A stretch of 64,000 nucleotides of DNA from Eledone cirrhosa (GCA_964016885.1 OZ024740.1:89962001-90026000); one strand, 5' to 3'; numbered from the stretch's first letter, positions 1 to 14,689 are shown. The notes: generated by a model from the sequence alone, not told the origin. Program-made: numbers and translations.

Positions 1-812
1 GAGCGACATGTTTCTCTAAGATAGAAAAGAAAGACCTAGGGATGTTAGTTAATACTTCCTGATTATATGGCGGGTTAAAATAAGTATTTAGTCTCCTTCT
101 ATTTCTATCCTTACCAACTCTACCGTTATCTAATATCCCATTATTATTAAGATCTGGGTTACTACGAGGACTAGTTAAAACCACATTGTTATAATCAGCC
201 GAAACTCCATTGAGTCTCTTTCTGTTTCTACCTTTAGTATATCTACTGCTATCTGGAATCATATCAAAAGGATTAGGGCTGATAATAGGATCAGTAGAAA
301 CAACACTATTAGAATTAGATTTAGCATAAGCATCACCACTGAGTGCGCGCTCAGAGCGCCCAACTTGATCCCTAGAACTATTAGATTCACTATTAAGAAT
401 CCGGTGGCTTAACTTATGGATGGGTTCGGATACACCTATCTGATTTCTACGATTCTTATGCATTCTACTCCCATTCATGGTCATATTATGGGATATTATA
501 TTATTATTATATGTAAGCGGAGACTTTCTAAGGTTACTATTATTATAATGTATTTTACCAGAGTAACCGGAGCTAGCTAGGGCGTTATTATAGTACTCTG
601 CATGTGCATTAAATATTCATATGTCCTTAGAGAGTGTGGAAATTCTATTAGATACACCATTAATTATAGAGCTTATCATAGATTTGGGGTGGTTAGAATT
701 GGGACTAACATAAGAGAGTATTTCATTTGGCTTATGGAAGGGTTTAACACTATTAGTGACCAAGTCCAAAGTCACATCTAAAAAGTTGACCGCTCTATCA
801 TTTCTATCTATC
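1..812 (-). mobile_element. Penelope-like element fragment (RT thumb + long linker), Hydra-type, decayed
   Basis: Minus strand encodes VNFLDVTLDL..PFHKPNEILSYV..SNHPKS..SNRISTLS. After a stop it continues FNAHAEYYNNALASSGY...YFNPPYNQEV..FLSILEKH, homologous to the PLEs at 24.5 and 31-33 kb. The 5'-truncated end abuts (TA)n. Confidence 0.85.
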
Positions 813-813
<1 letters not shown>

Positions 814-862
<49 letters not shown>

Positions 863-873
863 ATGTGTGTGTG
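814..873. repeat. (TA)n/(TG)n microsatellite; one of dozens in the window (e.g. 3895-3960, 12639-12794, 18507-18570, 19543-19612, 27743-27830, 30180-30262)
   Basis: Direct reading of dinucleotide tracts. Confidence 0.98.
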
Positions 874-1002
874 TAGATAAATCTACCAAAATATACGGTA
901 GTGTCCAATCCGTATGAAAAGCTCAATGTAATCCAAATACCATGAAGAGAGAAGATGTATTCAAAAATGTTTCGATGTAAATCTCAGGAAAACAGAGTCA
1001 AG

Positions 1003-1273
1003 ATAAATTAATAAAAACAATGAATAAAAACAAAGAGACAGTTCCTTATATTAAAAAATGCATCATTTTACGATCGAAATAATTATTTCTGAAGACAGCA
1101 TATATATGTGTAGGTATGTATATTTCCTCTGATAGTTTTTAAAATGTTTACATATATCTATATTATATACATACCAACACACACATATACATCCTGAAAT
1201 GATCGTAAAATGATGTATTTTTTAATATAAGGAATTATTTCTTTGTTTTTATTCATTGTTTTTATTCATTTAT
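1003..1273 (+). mobile_element. Non-coding PLE pseudo-LTR-like module with ~73-bp inverted terminal copy
   Basis: 1003-1075 is the reverse complement of 1201-1273 with a few mismatches. The arms enclose an HHR and the module ends in (TA)n. Confidence 0.7.
1082..1214 (+). ncRNA. Type I hammerhead ribozyme with long stem II
   Basis: ATTATTT-CTGAAGA-[long hairpin, ggtatgtatat/atatacatacc]-GAAA-TGATCG-TA-AAATGAT. Stem I is 7 bp, stem III near-palindromic, GUA site. Confidence 0.7.
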
Positions 1274-1490
1274 ATATATATATATATAGTATTAAGGATA
1301 CTATTTATGGTTATGTATATACTAAAACCTTTTATAGTTATATATATAGTATACCCTAAATAGTGAAAGACAGCAATTTATTACTATGTTATTAACAGTA
1401 AGATAAATAGCTCAATGTAACAACATCAGTTGTTTTACAGAGGAGTTATATAGAGATTAAATGAAACAAAGTTCTGTTGAAATCATTTAT

Positions 1491-1539
1491 CTGCTTACAA
1501 TTATTTCTTCCAAACCGAGGTTTGGAGTCTTCGGAGCAA
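1491..1539 (-). ncRNA. Type I hammerhead ribozyme, one core substitution (U4C)
   Basis: Minus strand: TTGCT-CCGAAGA-CTCCAAACC tc GGTTTGGAA-GAAA-TAATTG-TA-AGCAG. Confidence 0.65.
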
Positions 1540-3189
1540 TTATTCAGTGATTTTTAACACTACTTGACCTCCTTTTCAACACAAGAGACATATAGAAACA
1601 TATGTATATATTGACCCACAGTGGGGTGACATCCATTATAATAAGATAACATGGTCATTTACATACAAAGATTACAGTCATATTAAAGGACAAAATTAAA
1701 ATTAAAATAAAACATTGGCAGTCTACTAAGATAAAGCAAAAGGAAAGTTTGGAGTAGCCAGTGTATGCAACAGTCACACGTGTGGCATGCACGCGTGTGC
1801 TATTTATATAAGATTATAGTGCGGCAGATTGTTACAAGTAAAACAAGCGGTCAAAGCAGGCAATCAAGAGGATCATGGGGGTGAACTGGTTAAGCATTAT
1901 TTACACACACCTGTACGATATAGAAGCCCGTGTGTGGAGAAATACCAAAAATATCAAAACTATTACAAATGAGAAGCAAAACAGCACCACTGTCATCGTA
2001 CACACCACCACTCTCACAATCCAGGAAACGCAATTTATAGACTACATGCCCATCTCACAATCCACGATGATTCAACATTGGGTGCCTGGTGAACCCTGCT
2101 AGAACATCACAGCTTGTCGTTCTTTAATTCGATTCATAGATCAGGTTGTTTTTGTTGTGAGAGATGACATCGTATTATATTCCGGAAGTGTGTGTGTGAT
2201 TAAGGGGAGTTAATGCGTAAGGGGAGGTAACTAGCTGATTTCTATAGTTAAATTTATTATCCTAAAGTACATTAATGGTGTCTCAAATGAGTTCCCATCA
2301 TATAAGGTTATAAACAATTTCTAAATTTAAGTATCTTATCTATAAATTACAGTGTAGTCTATCGAGAAGTACTAAAGGTGTTCATATTAGGATGAATACC
2401 CTTTATCATAGAGTGCTCCCACCGAATATACCACATGAAGAGTCAGATCTCCAAATCAATGATCTTTGTAAGTGTAGTCTACCCGCAGGACCTGGCAGGG
2501 TCTTATTAGAATCACTTCCATATATGTCTCCTGGTAAGTTCTGGGTCATTGCATGACTGATTGCATGGCAAAGTTAAATATCACTAGGGCAGTCCAGAGA
2601 TTAATACTCACTTACAAATACACCGATCTGACCATCAAGCTATACATGTGTTTATAACTCATACATAACCTGTACATAATTCATTGCACTCAGCATAGAG
2701 ATTATATAGCTCTTTTATGTTAATAAATTAATTACTTAATCTTCCATTTATCCAATGGTGGCACTACCTACACAGGACACGATCGTCTTTCCTGTATTTC
2801 TTCATAACAATTATTTACTAAACAAATGTTAAATGTTCATCCACACACCGCTCTATATATTATGGATAAAAATGATGGTGCATCGTATAATCTACTGTTA
2901 AACTAAATTAACATTACATATGTCTAGACAGATGCACTGATGTGATATATTCTCAGATTTAATTCAAGTTGTCTAGATATTCATGGATTGATCTTCGGAA
3001 AATCTTTATCATTACACAATTATTTTTAGCTGAAAATTGAATATGGCAAGTCCCCAGTCCTCAACATATTTGTTAACTGCAAGTCAACATTCGTTCTATG
3101 TGCACGTAATTAATATTATTTTTCTATTGTTGTTTTTTTAATGAGATTGATTGTAAAATGTTATGTCTTTTGTGCTTGTGAAAACGGAA

Positions 3190-3372
3190 AAGGAAGGGAA
3201 AGGCTCTAGTGTCAGAGAAGAATGGGGAGAGCGAAGAGGTAGGTTGATGGGCTCTAGTCTCTAGAGCGTGGCAGTATCGGCCTGCGCTCCGCGGACGATA
3301 TAGCAGAAGCATTCCCGAGGACAATTGCAAGCGACACCCACTGCAACAGCCACAACACTAGACGGGCTGGTA
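3190..3372 (-). mobile_element. 3' end of CRE-like (RLE-type) non-LTR retrotransposon
   Basis: Minus strand translates LWLLQWVSLAIVLGNASAI, resembling the QRxSxAxxRGNAxxI C-terminal motif of CRE-like elements. Local GC-rich island. Confidence 0.45.
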
Positions 3373-3891
3373 TGGATTTTTCCACAAAATTAAATGACTA
3401 CATGTCTATGACTCAGTAAATAGCAGAAGAAACAAGACAAAATAATGAATGATTAACAATATTATTTAGAAGAAACCATCAGTATTGTTTATACGAGCTG
3501 AATTGGAGAATCTTTAAATAATTTGGACATTAATAAGATATCACGATACAAAAGTATTGTACACAACTCCTTCTACGAAAACGCTGTATAAAAGGATCAA
3601 AAGAAAATTATATGTTGCTCGTTTCATTACCTAAATATTGCGTCAAGATGAAATCCGCCTATTATACCACAAGAGAAATATTATTAATCAGTTAATCAAT
3701 AAAAATACATAGTGGCGTTCACATCACACACTTATGTATGTCTCTCGCTGCCTGAAAGAAAGAGATATTGATATGTAAACATAAAAGTAAATATAATATA
3801 TTCTCTAGAAGACTTTGCAAACCAGCGTGTGTCTTCCTAGGTAATCTGCTTCTCTAATGTTGGTTATTATTATTACTGCATCGTCGTCACT

Positions 3892-3961
<70 letters not shown>

Positions 3962-3963
<2 letters not shown>

Positions 3964-4700
3964 GATACAAGCTAAGGGAACACAAACAAGGGATAGACGT
4001 CAGTTGTCTACTATGGGTGACGGGTATTTCAGCGCATTATAGAAAATACATCTATCCGTAGCAAGCTCATAACTTCTCAATAAGTTTTGAGGGAGGGAAC
4101 GAAAAGACGAAAAAGAGGCGATAGCGCAGGGAGAGAAAGAAATGTAAGTAACCCGACAGGAGAGACAGGAAAAATGTTTAAAAAAGGTCCTGGATCCTTA
4201 TTAACAGCGAGAGAGCTAAGATGAACACATCTATTCTCGGTGAAATCCGTGTAAAGATATAGAGACGAAGAAAACGGAAGTGGTAAGGAGCAGAGATAGA
4301 ATGGATAAAGAGAGAGGGAAGAGAAAGATAGGAGAGAGATGAGGGACGAGAGAGAAAAGATTAATAAAAAAAGGTGGTAAGACGTAAGGCTGACCAGGAA
4401 TAACACAACTAAGCGAGATCGATATAGAGGAAGGAGCGGAGATCAAAGCAATACATACATAAATATGTATTGAGAGAGACGAAGCTGCGGGGTTACTGAT
4501 AACGAGTGCCAGAAAGTTAAGGGAACAAAAACAAGAGATTTTCGCTTCATCAGTTGTCTACTAGCGCTCACGGACGTTTCAGCGCATTATATACAATATG
4601 TCTATCAGGAACGCGCCCTTAGATTGTTATCAATGAGTTATGAGGGAAAGAAAAGACGAAAAAGATGTGATAGCGAAGAGAGAGAAAGAAAGAAACATGT
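3962..4700 (-). repeat. Diverged direct repeat (pLTR-like, ~545-bp spacing) next to (TA)n
   Basis: aagggaaca..tcagttgtctacta..tttcagcgcattata..aaaagacgaaaaaga..gatagcg occurs at ~3973 and ~4519. It shares tagtagacaactga with the 13060 module and has HHR-core remnants (CTGATGA..CGAAA) on the minus strand. Confidence 0.6.
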
Positions 4701-5417
4701 TTGGGTGGGTTTGGGTGAGGATGTGTGTATGTGTGTGTGTATGTGTGTGTGTGTCTTGGTTTCAATCGGGGGTAACCCCAGTAAGTACTCAATACATGGT
4801 AGAATGTATACAACAAAATATAATATATAAATGGCTTCTACGGGACTCTGTCCTTCGAATGAAAATGTTTTGTTCCGATAGAAGACATTTCAATGTTATA
4901 TATATGGAAGATAATTATATAAATGCTATCCAGTTCATTCAAGACGGTATTTAATACCATAAGTCTAAAGGGGAAATAAGAGCAAAATGTCCTGTGGTAA
5001 TCCGTCCTATTATTTAGATGTATATATACAGAGAAAATTGTATAGAGCGTGAAACTAATAAACCTTTGTTCGTACTGCCTCTCTGTTTTGTTCCCGTCCA
5101 ATGTTTTACTATATAGAGATAACATTTCCAATACCTGTAAGATTTATTCCAGTTTCCCAATGAGGGAAGTATCGAAAGATATTAAAGACGCAGGTGCTAA
5201 ATATATTCGATGTAACGGTTGAGAAATAAATTATATATAACGAATAAGGAGACACTGAATATTTCGAAAAAGTAAACGCCACATGAAATAGAAGGAAAAT
5301 ATAAACGAGACACTCCCGCGTATATACCGAGAGAAATTAATTATATTTGTTGTACTAGCTACATCGAGAATTAACGCAAATACGATACATTATATATGTA
5401 TGCCAACTAGCGCGAAA

Positions 5418-5530
5418 CAGACTGTCAGCTTATCGCCCTTCTTTCGCCGAAAAGAAGTAAGTGACAGAGTCACTACTTTAAAACTGATAGCGTATGGTTT
5501 TCTAAATGTTTTTATTGCCAAATATACTAT
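5418..5530 (+). repeat. Dispersed repeat, second copy at ~60380-60510
   Basis: cagactgt.agctt..cccttctttcgccgaaaagaa..aagtgaca.agtcactactttaaaac.gatagcgtatggt..attgccaaatatactata is found at both loci. Confidence 0.8.
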
Positions 5531-5540
5531 ACATACATGC

Positions 5541-5571
5541 AGGTATACAACGTTATTTCATAGCACCAATC

Positions 5572-5625
<54 letters not shown>

Positions 5626-5656
5626 GATTGGTGCTGTGAAATAGCGATGTATGCCT
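5541..5656. repeat. ~35-bp inverted arms flanking a (TA)n spacer
   Basis: aggtatacaacgttatttcatagcaccaatcctaa-(TA)n-ttaggattggtgctgtgaaatagcgatgtatgcct. Confidence 0.9.
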
Positions 5657-5818
5657 TTTTTTATAGATCTTGATCAGCTGGTCTACAGGGACGTAATGCA
5701 CGTGGTAAGTAGCTTGGCAAAAAATATTTCCGTCAATTAAATGAAGAAACAACAGTTTCGTTTTCTGTATATGCTCTGTGAAAACCTAACCATGTATTGA
5801 TTGGATCGTACACATAGG

Positions 5819-5860
5819 ATTAACTGAAGATGGATATTACCATCCGTAGTGCATATTAAT
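5819..5860 (+). ncRNA. Degenerate hammerhead ribozyme
   Basis: ATTAA-CTGAAGA-TGGAT attacc ATCC-GTAG (for GAAA)-TGCA-TA-TTAAT. All stems are present but GAAA is mutated. Confidence 0.5.
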
Positions 5861-7408
5861 GGTCAGTCCTGACAGGTACAAATATGGTATAGTAACCTAA
5901 CTGCAATTTAAAGGGTGATAAGTCCGCTTAGAATATAATTAAGGGACAGTAACTAAATAGATGAAGGCGATGCAACAAAAGGTTAGATAAACAATAAAAA
6001 ATGGAAGATGAACAAGTATAAAAGTAAAGAAGAAATAATCACTTTTTAATGGGATCAACAAACTCATCGAAGGAAGAAGGAATTGTAATACCTAGCACAC
6101 ATATGAGAGATATGCGAGTGGCATATAGAGAAATCAAAATAACCATCGATACTGAATACAAGGCAACTCAGATCAAACGTCACGAGGGGGAACGATTGAA
6201 AAAGTGTATGGTTGCCAGACGGGATTGTCTCATTCTTAGAGTTTGTTACGGAATCCTTCTCTGTGATTATTTCAGGTGCTTCTGAGTTTTACTTTCTACA
6301 CTATAAGGTCTCACAGAGCTAACTAATTCCAATTTATTTTATATTTTTACTCTTTACGTTCCAAACACTTTAGATCGAGAGATATTATATCAGTGGAGAT
6401 CTCACATTTATATACGTCTTTATTTTCAAGCAATCTCCCCTAATAGGGCAAGAATCAAAGACTCAACAATTTGAATCGATTTTTCCGTGGCTATTATCAG
6501 TGAGCCTACTACGTTCAGGTGTATTATAATTTATCAAACCATTAATAGCAGGTAAACTGATTATTTAGATTATTATTGGCCGTCTCCCTATTACTAGATC
6601 CACTATCAAAAAGGCTCAGAAGCCTTACTCGATTATCTAGGATACCCAGAATAGCTCACTTAATGTGAATCATTCTATAAGTATAGAGTGCTAGGAGGTC
6701 GGCCAGATTAGAATATACATATAATAAAGAAACAAACAAACACACCGTTAAACTATTAAACTATCCTTCTCCACTAAACCTAATCGGGCTGATTTCATAG
6801 CGTATTACTTTATTTTAAGAGAACTTACTTTGCTTATGGGTCAGTAAATATTGTAATACCTCTACATTTTGTTTATACTAATGAATATATCAATAAATAT
6901 AATTATCTGAAAACCGTCAAAAAGATGAATTCTCTAATATATACTTTTCTTCAAATAGTTATGTGTGTGTTCAAGAAATGTAAGCTGTTACAATATAAAG
7001 CAATATGCCAACAAACTTAAGATGAAAATAAAACATACTAAGAATTTCAAAGAAAAAAAAAATGCAAGAATTAATACGTAGGAATATAAGGAAGAACATA
7101 GATATTTACGTTGTTACGAAAACATTATTATAATTTCGTAAATGATGAACAAAACAAGCTCCATAAAGTAAAGTAGAATTCAGATTTGTTTAAAGCTAGA
7201 AATATTTGTATACGGTCATGTCGTATCAGTACTGTATTTCTGTGAAAATGACACCCTATACATAGGTATGAATGTATAAACACTATTCCATAAAATATTT
7301 GTAATTAATTAATTTCCAAAGGTAAATCTGATATTGATCAAAGTGTATATATATATATGTGTGTGTGTGTGTATGTGTGTGTATGTGTGTGTGTGTGTGT
7401 ATGTGTGT

Positions 7409-7439
<31 letters not shown>

Positions 7440-7634
7440 CGTATGTGTATGCATGTATATATATATATATATATATATGCCAACACAATATAAAAAAAAT
7501 GACGTATTCATTCCACTGATATGGCTTAAAGAGGCTGTTTGCATATTAATATTCGAACAACTCAGATTACATTTACTAGATTCAGCCATGTAGATCGATA
7601 AACTATTTGTTAGTCACACACACACACACGCGCG

Positions 7635-7693
<59 letters not shown>

Positions 7694-8262
7694 GGGCGTG
7701 GGACCATGAACATAAACGGTTTCGGGACCTAGCGCCCCATTTACACACTGTTAATGAGGCTGTCCATGTTTGGATATCGTTCTCGTATAATGAAATATCT
7801 GATGTAATACTTGGTATAAATTTGATGGGCACCTGTTCGTTTAGGATACCTCTCACATTTATTCCCGGAGTGACTCAATTACAACATCTTTAAGTACAGC
7901 AATAACGTATCAAAAACTCTTTAATGTGTATTGCATTAGCCATGAATCAGTAGGTGTTCAATATTAGCTTGTTGTGTGTGGGGGGGGGGGTAATATCTGA
8001 AAACTCTGTGATGTGAAATTCAAGACCCAGCAACAGTTGGAGGAATTCAGCAGAGTCACCGGCCATAAAATAGCATGTACATATGTATGTGTGTTTTCTA
8101 ACTATATAAACTTTTATGTGAAAGGATAAACAATTATAATTTTTTTCATTTTCTCATTTTCTTTTTAACCTTTTATATGTTTTAACCGATACATTTTCTA
8201 TATTTGTTCTACTAAAGATCACTTCATATTTTATATTTCAACATTTAAGTGGGATCTTTTTC

Positions 8263-8335
<73 letters not shown>

Positions 8336-9039
8336 CGCGTGTGCGTGTGTGTGTGCGTGCGTGTGCGTGTGTGGGTGTGTGTGTGTATGTGGGGGTGGGG
8401 TGGGGGCCGTGTGTGGGGTGGTAGGGGGGGGGGGGGGGTATGTGTGTGCGTATATGTGTGTGTATATCCTTATGTGCCAGTTTGTTTGAACATGAGAACA
8501 CTATAGACATTTACAAGTACCCGCCATGTTGTATGGCTACACATTTGTATTATATTTGTCATGTTTGTTATATTTTGAATGTGTTGGTCATGAGAGTAAT
8601 AGAACTGATGTGTCTCAGATTAAGGAGGAGTAGAGATCCACCGGTGGTATTTTGTACATGGTTCATCACCGTGTTGGCTTTATAACAATCATTATCCCAG
8701 CGTATAGGGAAATACTACCTGTAACAGGCTGCACCTTCGGCCGTATTATCTTTGTTGTGCCAACGGTTTCCAGAGCATCTTGGCCAGGGATGCTGCAGTG
8801 TGCTGGGCAGCATTGCCATCTTTTTTAGCGCATTCTACTATTTTATGAGATGGGTGTCATTGATTCTTCTCCTAATGCTACTGAGTACGAGGTAACCGCT
8901 GAGCCACGTTATATGGTAATAGTAATGCTGGAAAGTGAGAAAAGTTTATGCAGGTCTACTGCTTTCGTTGCAACCAGTTAAAATTCCATTTCAATAAACA
9001 ACAGGGCTTCCAAGACATGGAAGCAATTGCTTAATCTAG

Positions 9040-10370
9040 CAATTGGAAAATTTTGTCTGAAAGGGATATAGCTAATATCTGCAGTGAGATAGAAAGGCAG
9101 GTATTGGCATTTGCGCCTTGAATTAGGTACGGCGTATATGCTTCGCTAACATTAATGAGAGGGACTCTACTATCCCTTGGACCGGAAATGATGACAAAAG
9201 AGCTGGGGTTGGATTTGCTGTCTCGAATAAATTTGGTTACATAAATTCAGTTGCTATTTCTGACAGAATCATGATTGCTCTCATGCAACTAAAGAATAAT
9301 TACAATCTCACATTTCCCAGTATGTATGGACACACCAAGAACGGTTATTAGTTGAGAAGGATTGTTTCCAAGGATGACTTGGTCAATGCATTGTCAAAGA
9401 ATGTGGGGAAGACATTATTGTTCTTTGTGACGTCAACGATCGTGTTGGCAGTAGTCGGTATAAATCGAGGAAGAAATGTGAACTCTAATGATTTTAATTT
9501 GTTAAACCTTTGCACATGATTCAACTCAAATTATGGGCACAATGTACCAACTAAAGAATTATCTGAAGAACACTTGGCATCATCCACGATCCGAACAATG
9601 GCATCAGCTAGATCATGTCCTTGCTAATCGAGTAGGCTGGAAATTCATGAACCTTACCAAATTTGATCCTCGTGCTGATTGTTACACCGACCACACAATC
9701 CTGATCTGCAAGTGCAGCATTGGGATAAAGAAAACAAAGAATAGAACCAATCCCCCTTGCAAGCCTAATACGTACTAGAATGCTGACAACATGGATAAGC
9801 TTGAAAGTTTCCTCAGTGAACAAATCTCAGATTGTGGGATGTCTTGTGATAACCTGACAGAAGCCCTTCAAAGTGCTGGCAAATAATTATTTCATGAGCA
9901 AAACATGACAAATAAAGATAGGATTTAAGATCGGGAGCAATACATTCAAAGGCGTCTGAATGCTAAGAGACAGAAATGTGATTTAATAGGACTACGATGT
10001 GTAATTAGAAAAGACAATAACAACTAGTTTCAACTAAAAGCCTATGACACTGAACAATTTGAGCAGAAAAATGATAGGAAATGATATGCAACTCTCAATG
10101 CAGTGCATGATTCCGAGTCGAACAGTCTACATCTCATGCCGTCGAAGAACAGCCACTCTTTAGGAATAAGGACACAATCAAGGATAATTTGAGAAAAGAT
10201 AACACTCTTTATTGCTGGAAGCAATATGTTGATAACAGACCAGCGGAAACTAATCAATGCTGTAATTATTGATATTGAAGATATTGAAAGCCAAATGAAG
10301 CTGGACAACAAGACAAAAAGGGAGAAATTACACAATAACAAGCCATATCTTTCAAAGTCTGTTGGAGTAA
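9040..10370 (+). mobile_element. RTE-clade LINE fragment (APE endonuclease and downstream), decayed
   Basis: GVGFAV, SDRIM, D.N.RVG, TWHHPRSEQWHQLDHVL and ADCYTDH motifs, with stops and frameshifts. Confidence 0.8.
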
Positions 10371-12032
10371 TAGATCCATCGCTCTATGTGGTGTGAGGTA
10401 TGAAGTGCAGCTCCTTAATGAGAAGGGTACGTTCCAGAGAAAGGAAGATCGGGAAGTTGGCTGACAATATGAGATTTGTGGGAGGGTGGTTGGATAGGCA
10501 ATGTTTGTGGAGAGGGGGATTTGTGGGTGGGGGAGGAGAGAGCGGTTGTGATGAGGTGAGTGGTAAGGGGTCTAGAAGAGTTTGAAGTTGGGCATGTGAA
10601 TGAAAGGAAGGAAACAGTTTAGTTTGTGAAGTTTGTCAGAGGTGAAGAAAGATAATATGCTCGTCATTATATGTGTAATCTTTTCAGAGTACATTTTAAG
10701 ATACCTTTCTTAAAGCTGCAAGTAATCCAACACTTATGTTAAATGTATTAATGGTACCAATGTAAGTACAAGCCATATATTTCATAAATGTTACTCTTGC
10801 ATATATACGCTTTCCTAGTGACGCTGAGTTGCATATAGTTCTATAAATTGATAAGCTGCAAATACATGGAATACCCACGCTCGCATATATATTGAGATTA
10901 ATTAACAATATACCAATATATAGCTATTATAAGAAAGTAAAAAATATTTTCTGGAATAACACTCTGTGTTCTACATATTTTCTACACACATACTGTCATT
11001 ATCTGTCATACTTCTAACACAGAAAAAATAGTGTGAGTATCGGTTTATTATAGATGAGCAATTGTAACTATTAATATGCTCTTTTAAAAGTTTCCAGGTT
11101 GTGTATTGAGCATTCAAAAGTATTCGCTTATATCCCAATATCACTCTTTACCAATGCCGTTATGATCCTCCATACACGTTGTATAATGCAAATGACATAT
11201 TAAAAGGATATAATTACTTATCCCTTTTATTTTCAGAATTTTCTGGGTGTTTCTTGTCATACAGATTTAATATTTGATATATAAACGGCTTCTTTTACCA
11301 CTAGTTATAAGCCAACAAATATAGAAAAATCCATACATCAGGCAGACACTCTTTCACATCTTATTTAGCTCCTCAATATATAGACTTTAACTGCAGACAT
11401 TTTATTACATTATTATATCTATTAATGTGCTTGTCACAACGCATTATTTGATCGATATAGGACCTCTTGGGTCAAAGTCACACGTACAGAAATATTTCGT
11501 TTAGTGATAAGTCATACAAAACTAGATGAAACATTTAATGAGATTATATATTTCAACTTTCATATAAAATACAAGACAGTGAGCCAGAAATGTATTCATT
11601 CAAACTTGAACGAACGATGTAGAAGATTTCTCTTTTAAAGTAACAGTTTTTCATATATTGTCACTGAATATTAACAACTACCGAAAACTCCCAACATAAG
11701 TCTTAATTTGTAAGATATATTGTAACACAAGACATTTTCAGTGTCAAAAATATCTAAATTTAAATAACAACAAATGAGCACACAAAAAAATGAGCACGCA
11801 AAGTGTTTACTTTCATAATATTCTCATATATACACACTCCAATGCACATACGCATACACGCATATATTTGCATTCGTTCTATACGATATCTTCACTATCT
11901 GGAATCATTCGATGCTGGTATTTTTTATTTGAATTTGACCATACAAAACCTAATAGAGTTAAGATAATTTTTTTCAAATTTTGCTCTTCAATGTATCGAT
12001 TTGTGCTATTTGGAATTCACGGATACTACACA

Positions 12033-12226
12033 TATAATCGTTTCTACTTTTTGGCACAAAGCCAGCAATTATCCCAGTGTATTACAGGTGGTTTATTTTA
12101 TTGACCCCGTAAAGATGAATGGCAAATTTAACCGCGGCGAGATTTGAACTCAGAGCATAAAAAGCTGTAACTCTTTGCTGCAAAGCATGTCGTCCGACCT
12201 TCTCCCGATATTGCCAATCTACCGCC
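12033..12226 (-). mobile_element. tRNA-derived SINE family A (Deu/Nin-like central domain)
   Basis: Head ggcggtagattggca, B-box gagttcaaatc, ttgccattcatctttacggggtcaataaaataa core, gtagaaacgattat tail. Confidence 0.85.
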
Positions 12227-12635
12227 TGAAAATCAGCAAGGAAATAAAGACACATGGTCAAGCATATATATCCAAAACCCATCCTACATATGTATGTATG
12301 CATTTATGCACCTGAGCATTCTGAGGGAAACATGATACGGCGTAGTGACATACATAGATTCTAGGGTATTTTAAATCTGGCATTGTCCACCCCTCACAAA
12401 ATATGAACACATGCAATTTATTCAAAAAAGAAGAGAGAAAGTTGTGTGACAGAAAATATGTAAGCAAGAGATATAAAGAGATAACTGTCCCCTGTACTGG
12501 ACTGCATTTATTTCATCAAACATGAAAAGTGACTCGCAATTTTGAAAACAGAGAGGTGAGTTGGAGAGAAAAGACCACAGACAGCCGCAACGAACGAAGT
12601 TCTAAGGAGTCTGCCAATTCTCAGTACAATCCACC

Positions 12636-13110
<475 letters not shown>

Positions 13111-13169
13111 GCTACATATCTGCAACAATACAACTCGCCATATTTGATTTATATATATATGTGTACATA

Positions 13170-13930
13170 TAGTAATAATAATAAATGTGAAAACTAAATC
13201 CGATAAGGGTTCAATAAGGATAAATATATATCAAATTTATAAAAACCTTAGTGCAAATATTTATTGAAATAACAGATTAAATTTTAAGTAAAAAATCGTT
13301 GCTTTCACCCTTAACGGGATCTTGTGAAACTAAAAAAAAATCAATCTGTGAGCGCCGAAGTAAATATTTAGAAAAACGTTGCAACCGATGGAAAACAGGA
13401 AGACCATACTTTGATTCGGGAAGACGTTCCCTTTCTTTGAACGGAAAAAAGCGAAAATAATATGTCATTATGTGGAACGTTGAGAACAATTACACGCAAA
13501 GACAAAACCACGTTTATGGTATAAATTGAATCATTAGACTAATAATCTATTTAGGAAACCGAATGATTCTCAGCGTCTGAGTTAAGAATAATTGTTTCTA
13601 CTTTTGGCACAAAGCCAGCAATTACTCAATGCATTACTGGTACTTTATTCTATCGACCCCGGAAGGATGACAGGCAAAGTTAACCTGAATAATGTAAATA
13701 AATGTGTTGAGCGAAAATGACAGAGGTTATTAAAATCATAAAATTAATAATATTTAAATATATACATACATACATACATCTATAAACATACATACACGTG
13801 CATACGCGAAAATGCACGCCATATGTACAATACATGTACTTACACATAAACACGCGCACATGTACGTAAACCCAGCACGACACATATATGCGCAAATATT
13901 ACAAACGTAGACACCAAATACACAAAATAT
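13170..13930 (-). mobile_element. Non-coding repeat family X (pLTR-like), interrupted by SINE A
   Basis: Reverse complement of the 26877-27642 copy (ctttcacccttaacgggatctt.., gaacaattacacgcaaagac..). Confidence 0.8.
13587..13686 (-). mobile_element. SINE family A, 5'-truncated
   Basis: aataattgtttctacttttggcac..gcattactggtactttatt..cgacccc..ggatga..ggcaaagttaacct. Confidence 0.85.
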
Positions 13931-14689
13931 ATATGTATGTGTGTATACATATAATTATATATACATATATAAACATACACACGCATATGCATATATAACA
14001 CGCAGACACACTTACCTAGGCGTAAATACACATATGTTCAACAAACGTACATATACCAAATCCCTATGTACACATATACACATATACACAAGATACATAC
14101 GTGCAAACACACATACACACTCATGTAGGTTGTTGACCATACATATGATATATATAACAATTAACATGCAAATAAGTGTGTTTTGTATTACATGGGGTGA
14201 AAACCAATATGAGGCCATGCATATAATCTACGAAGAAAACGGAAAATACATAATAACAGGAAAGTATGAATTAAATTGTACTAAACATTTCAATAACTAT
14301 TAAACTCCTGGATAAATTATAGATAGAATTTGTTTCGCCAAAATTTAGTGACTGTGTCACAGAATCCCAGGGCTTTTCAAGAGGTGTAAGGGTTGTATGA
14401 ACTGCAGACCAAGAGATAATTTACGTAACTAAATATCGCACATGACATAGTAACAGAGAAAGAGCCAACGTGTTCAATTTGACTAAAATGAGATTCAACT
14501 CTTCCCCTCATATATCCAATATATTTTCTATATAGTTTAGTATGATCTAATAAGTAACACTGAGGAGGGAGTGCGAAGCCCGATGGTTTCGATGATGCTT
14601 GTGATGTGTTAGGTCTTATAATTAATTTAAAAAGGACTGTCGTAATGCATAACCTGTTCCTGGGAAGAAGAAAACATCCTTGTTATGGG

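Noticed and set aside
14535-14610. HHR-like CTGAGGA-GGG..CCC-GATG
   Set aside because: GAAA and stem III are not recoverable. Similar weak hits at ~27899, ~30410-30456 and ~52660 were also left uncalled.
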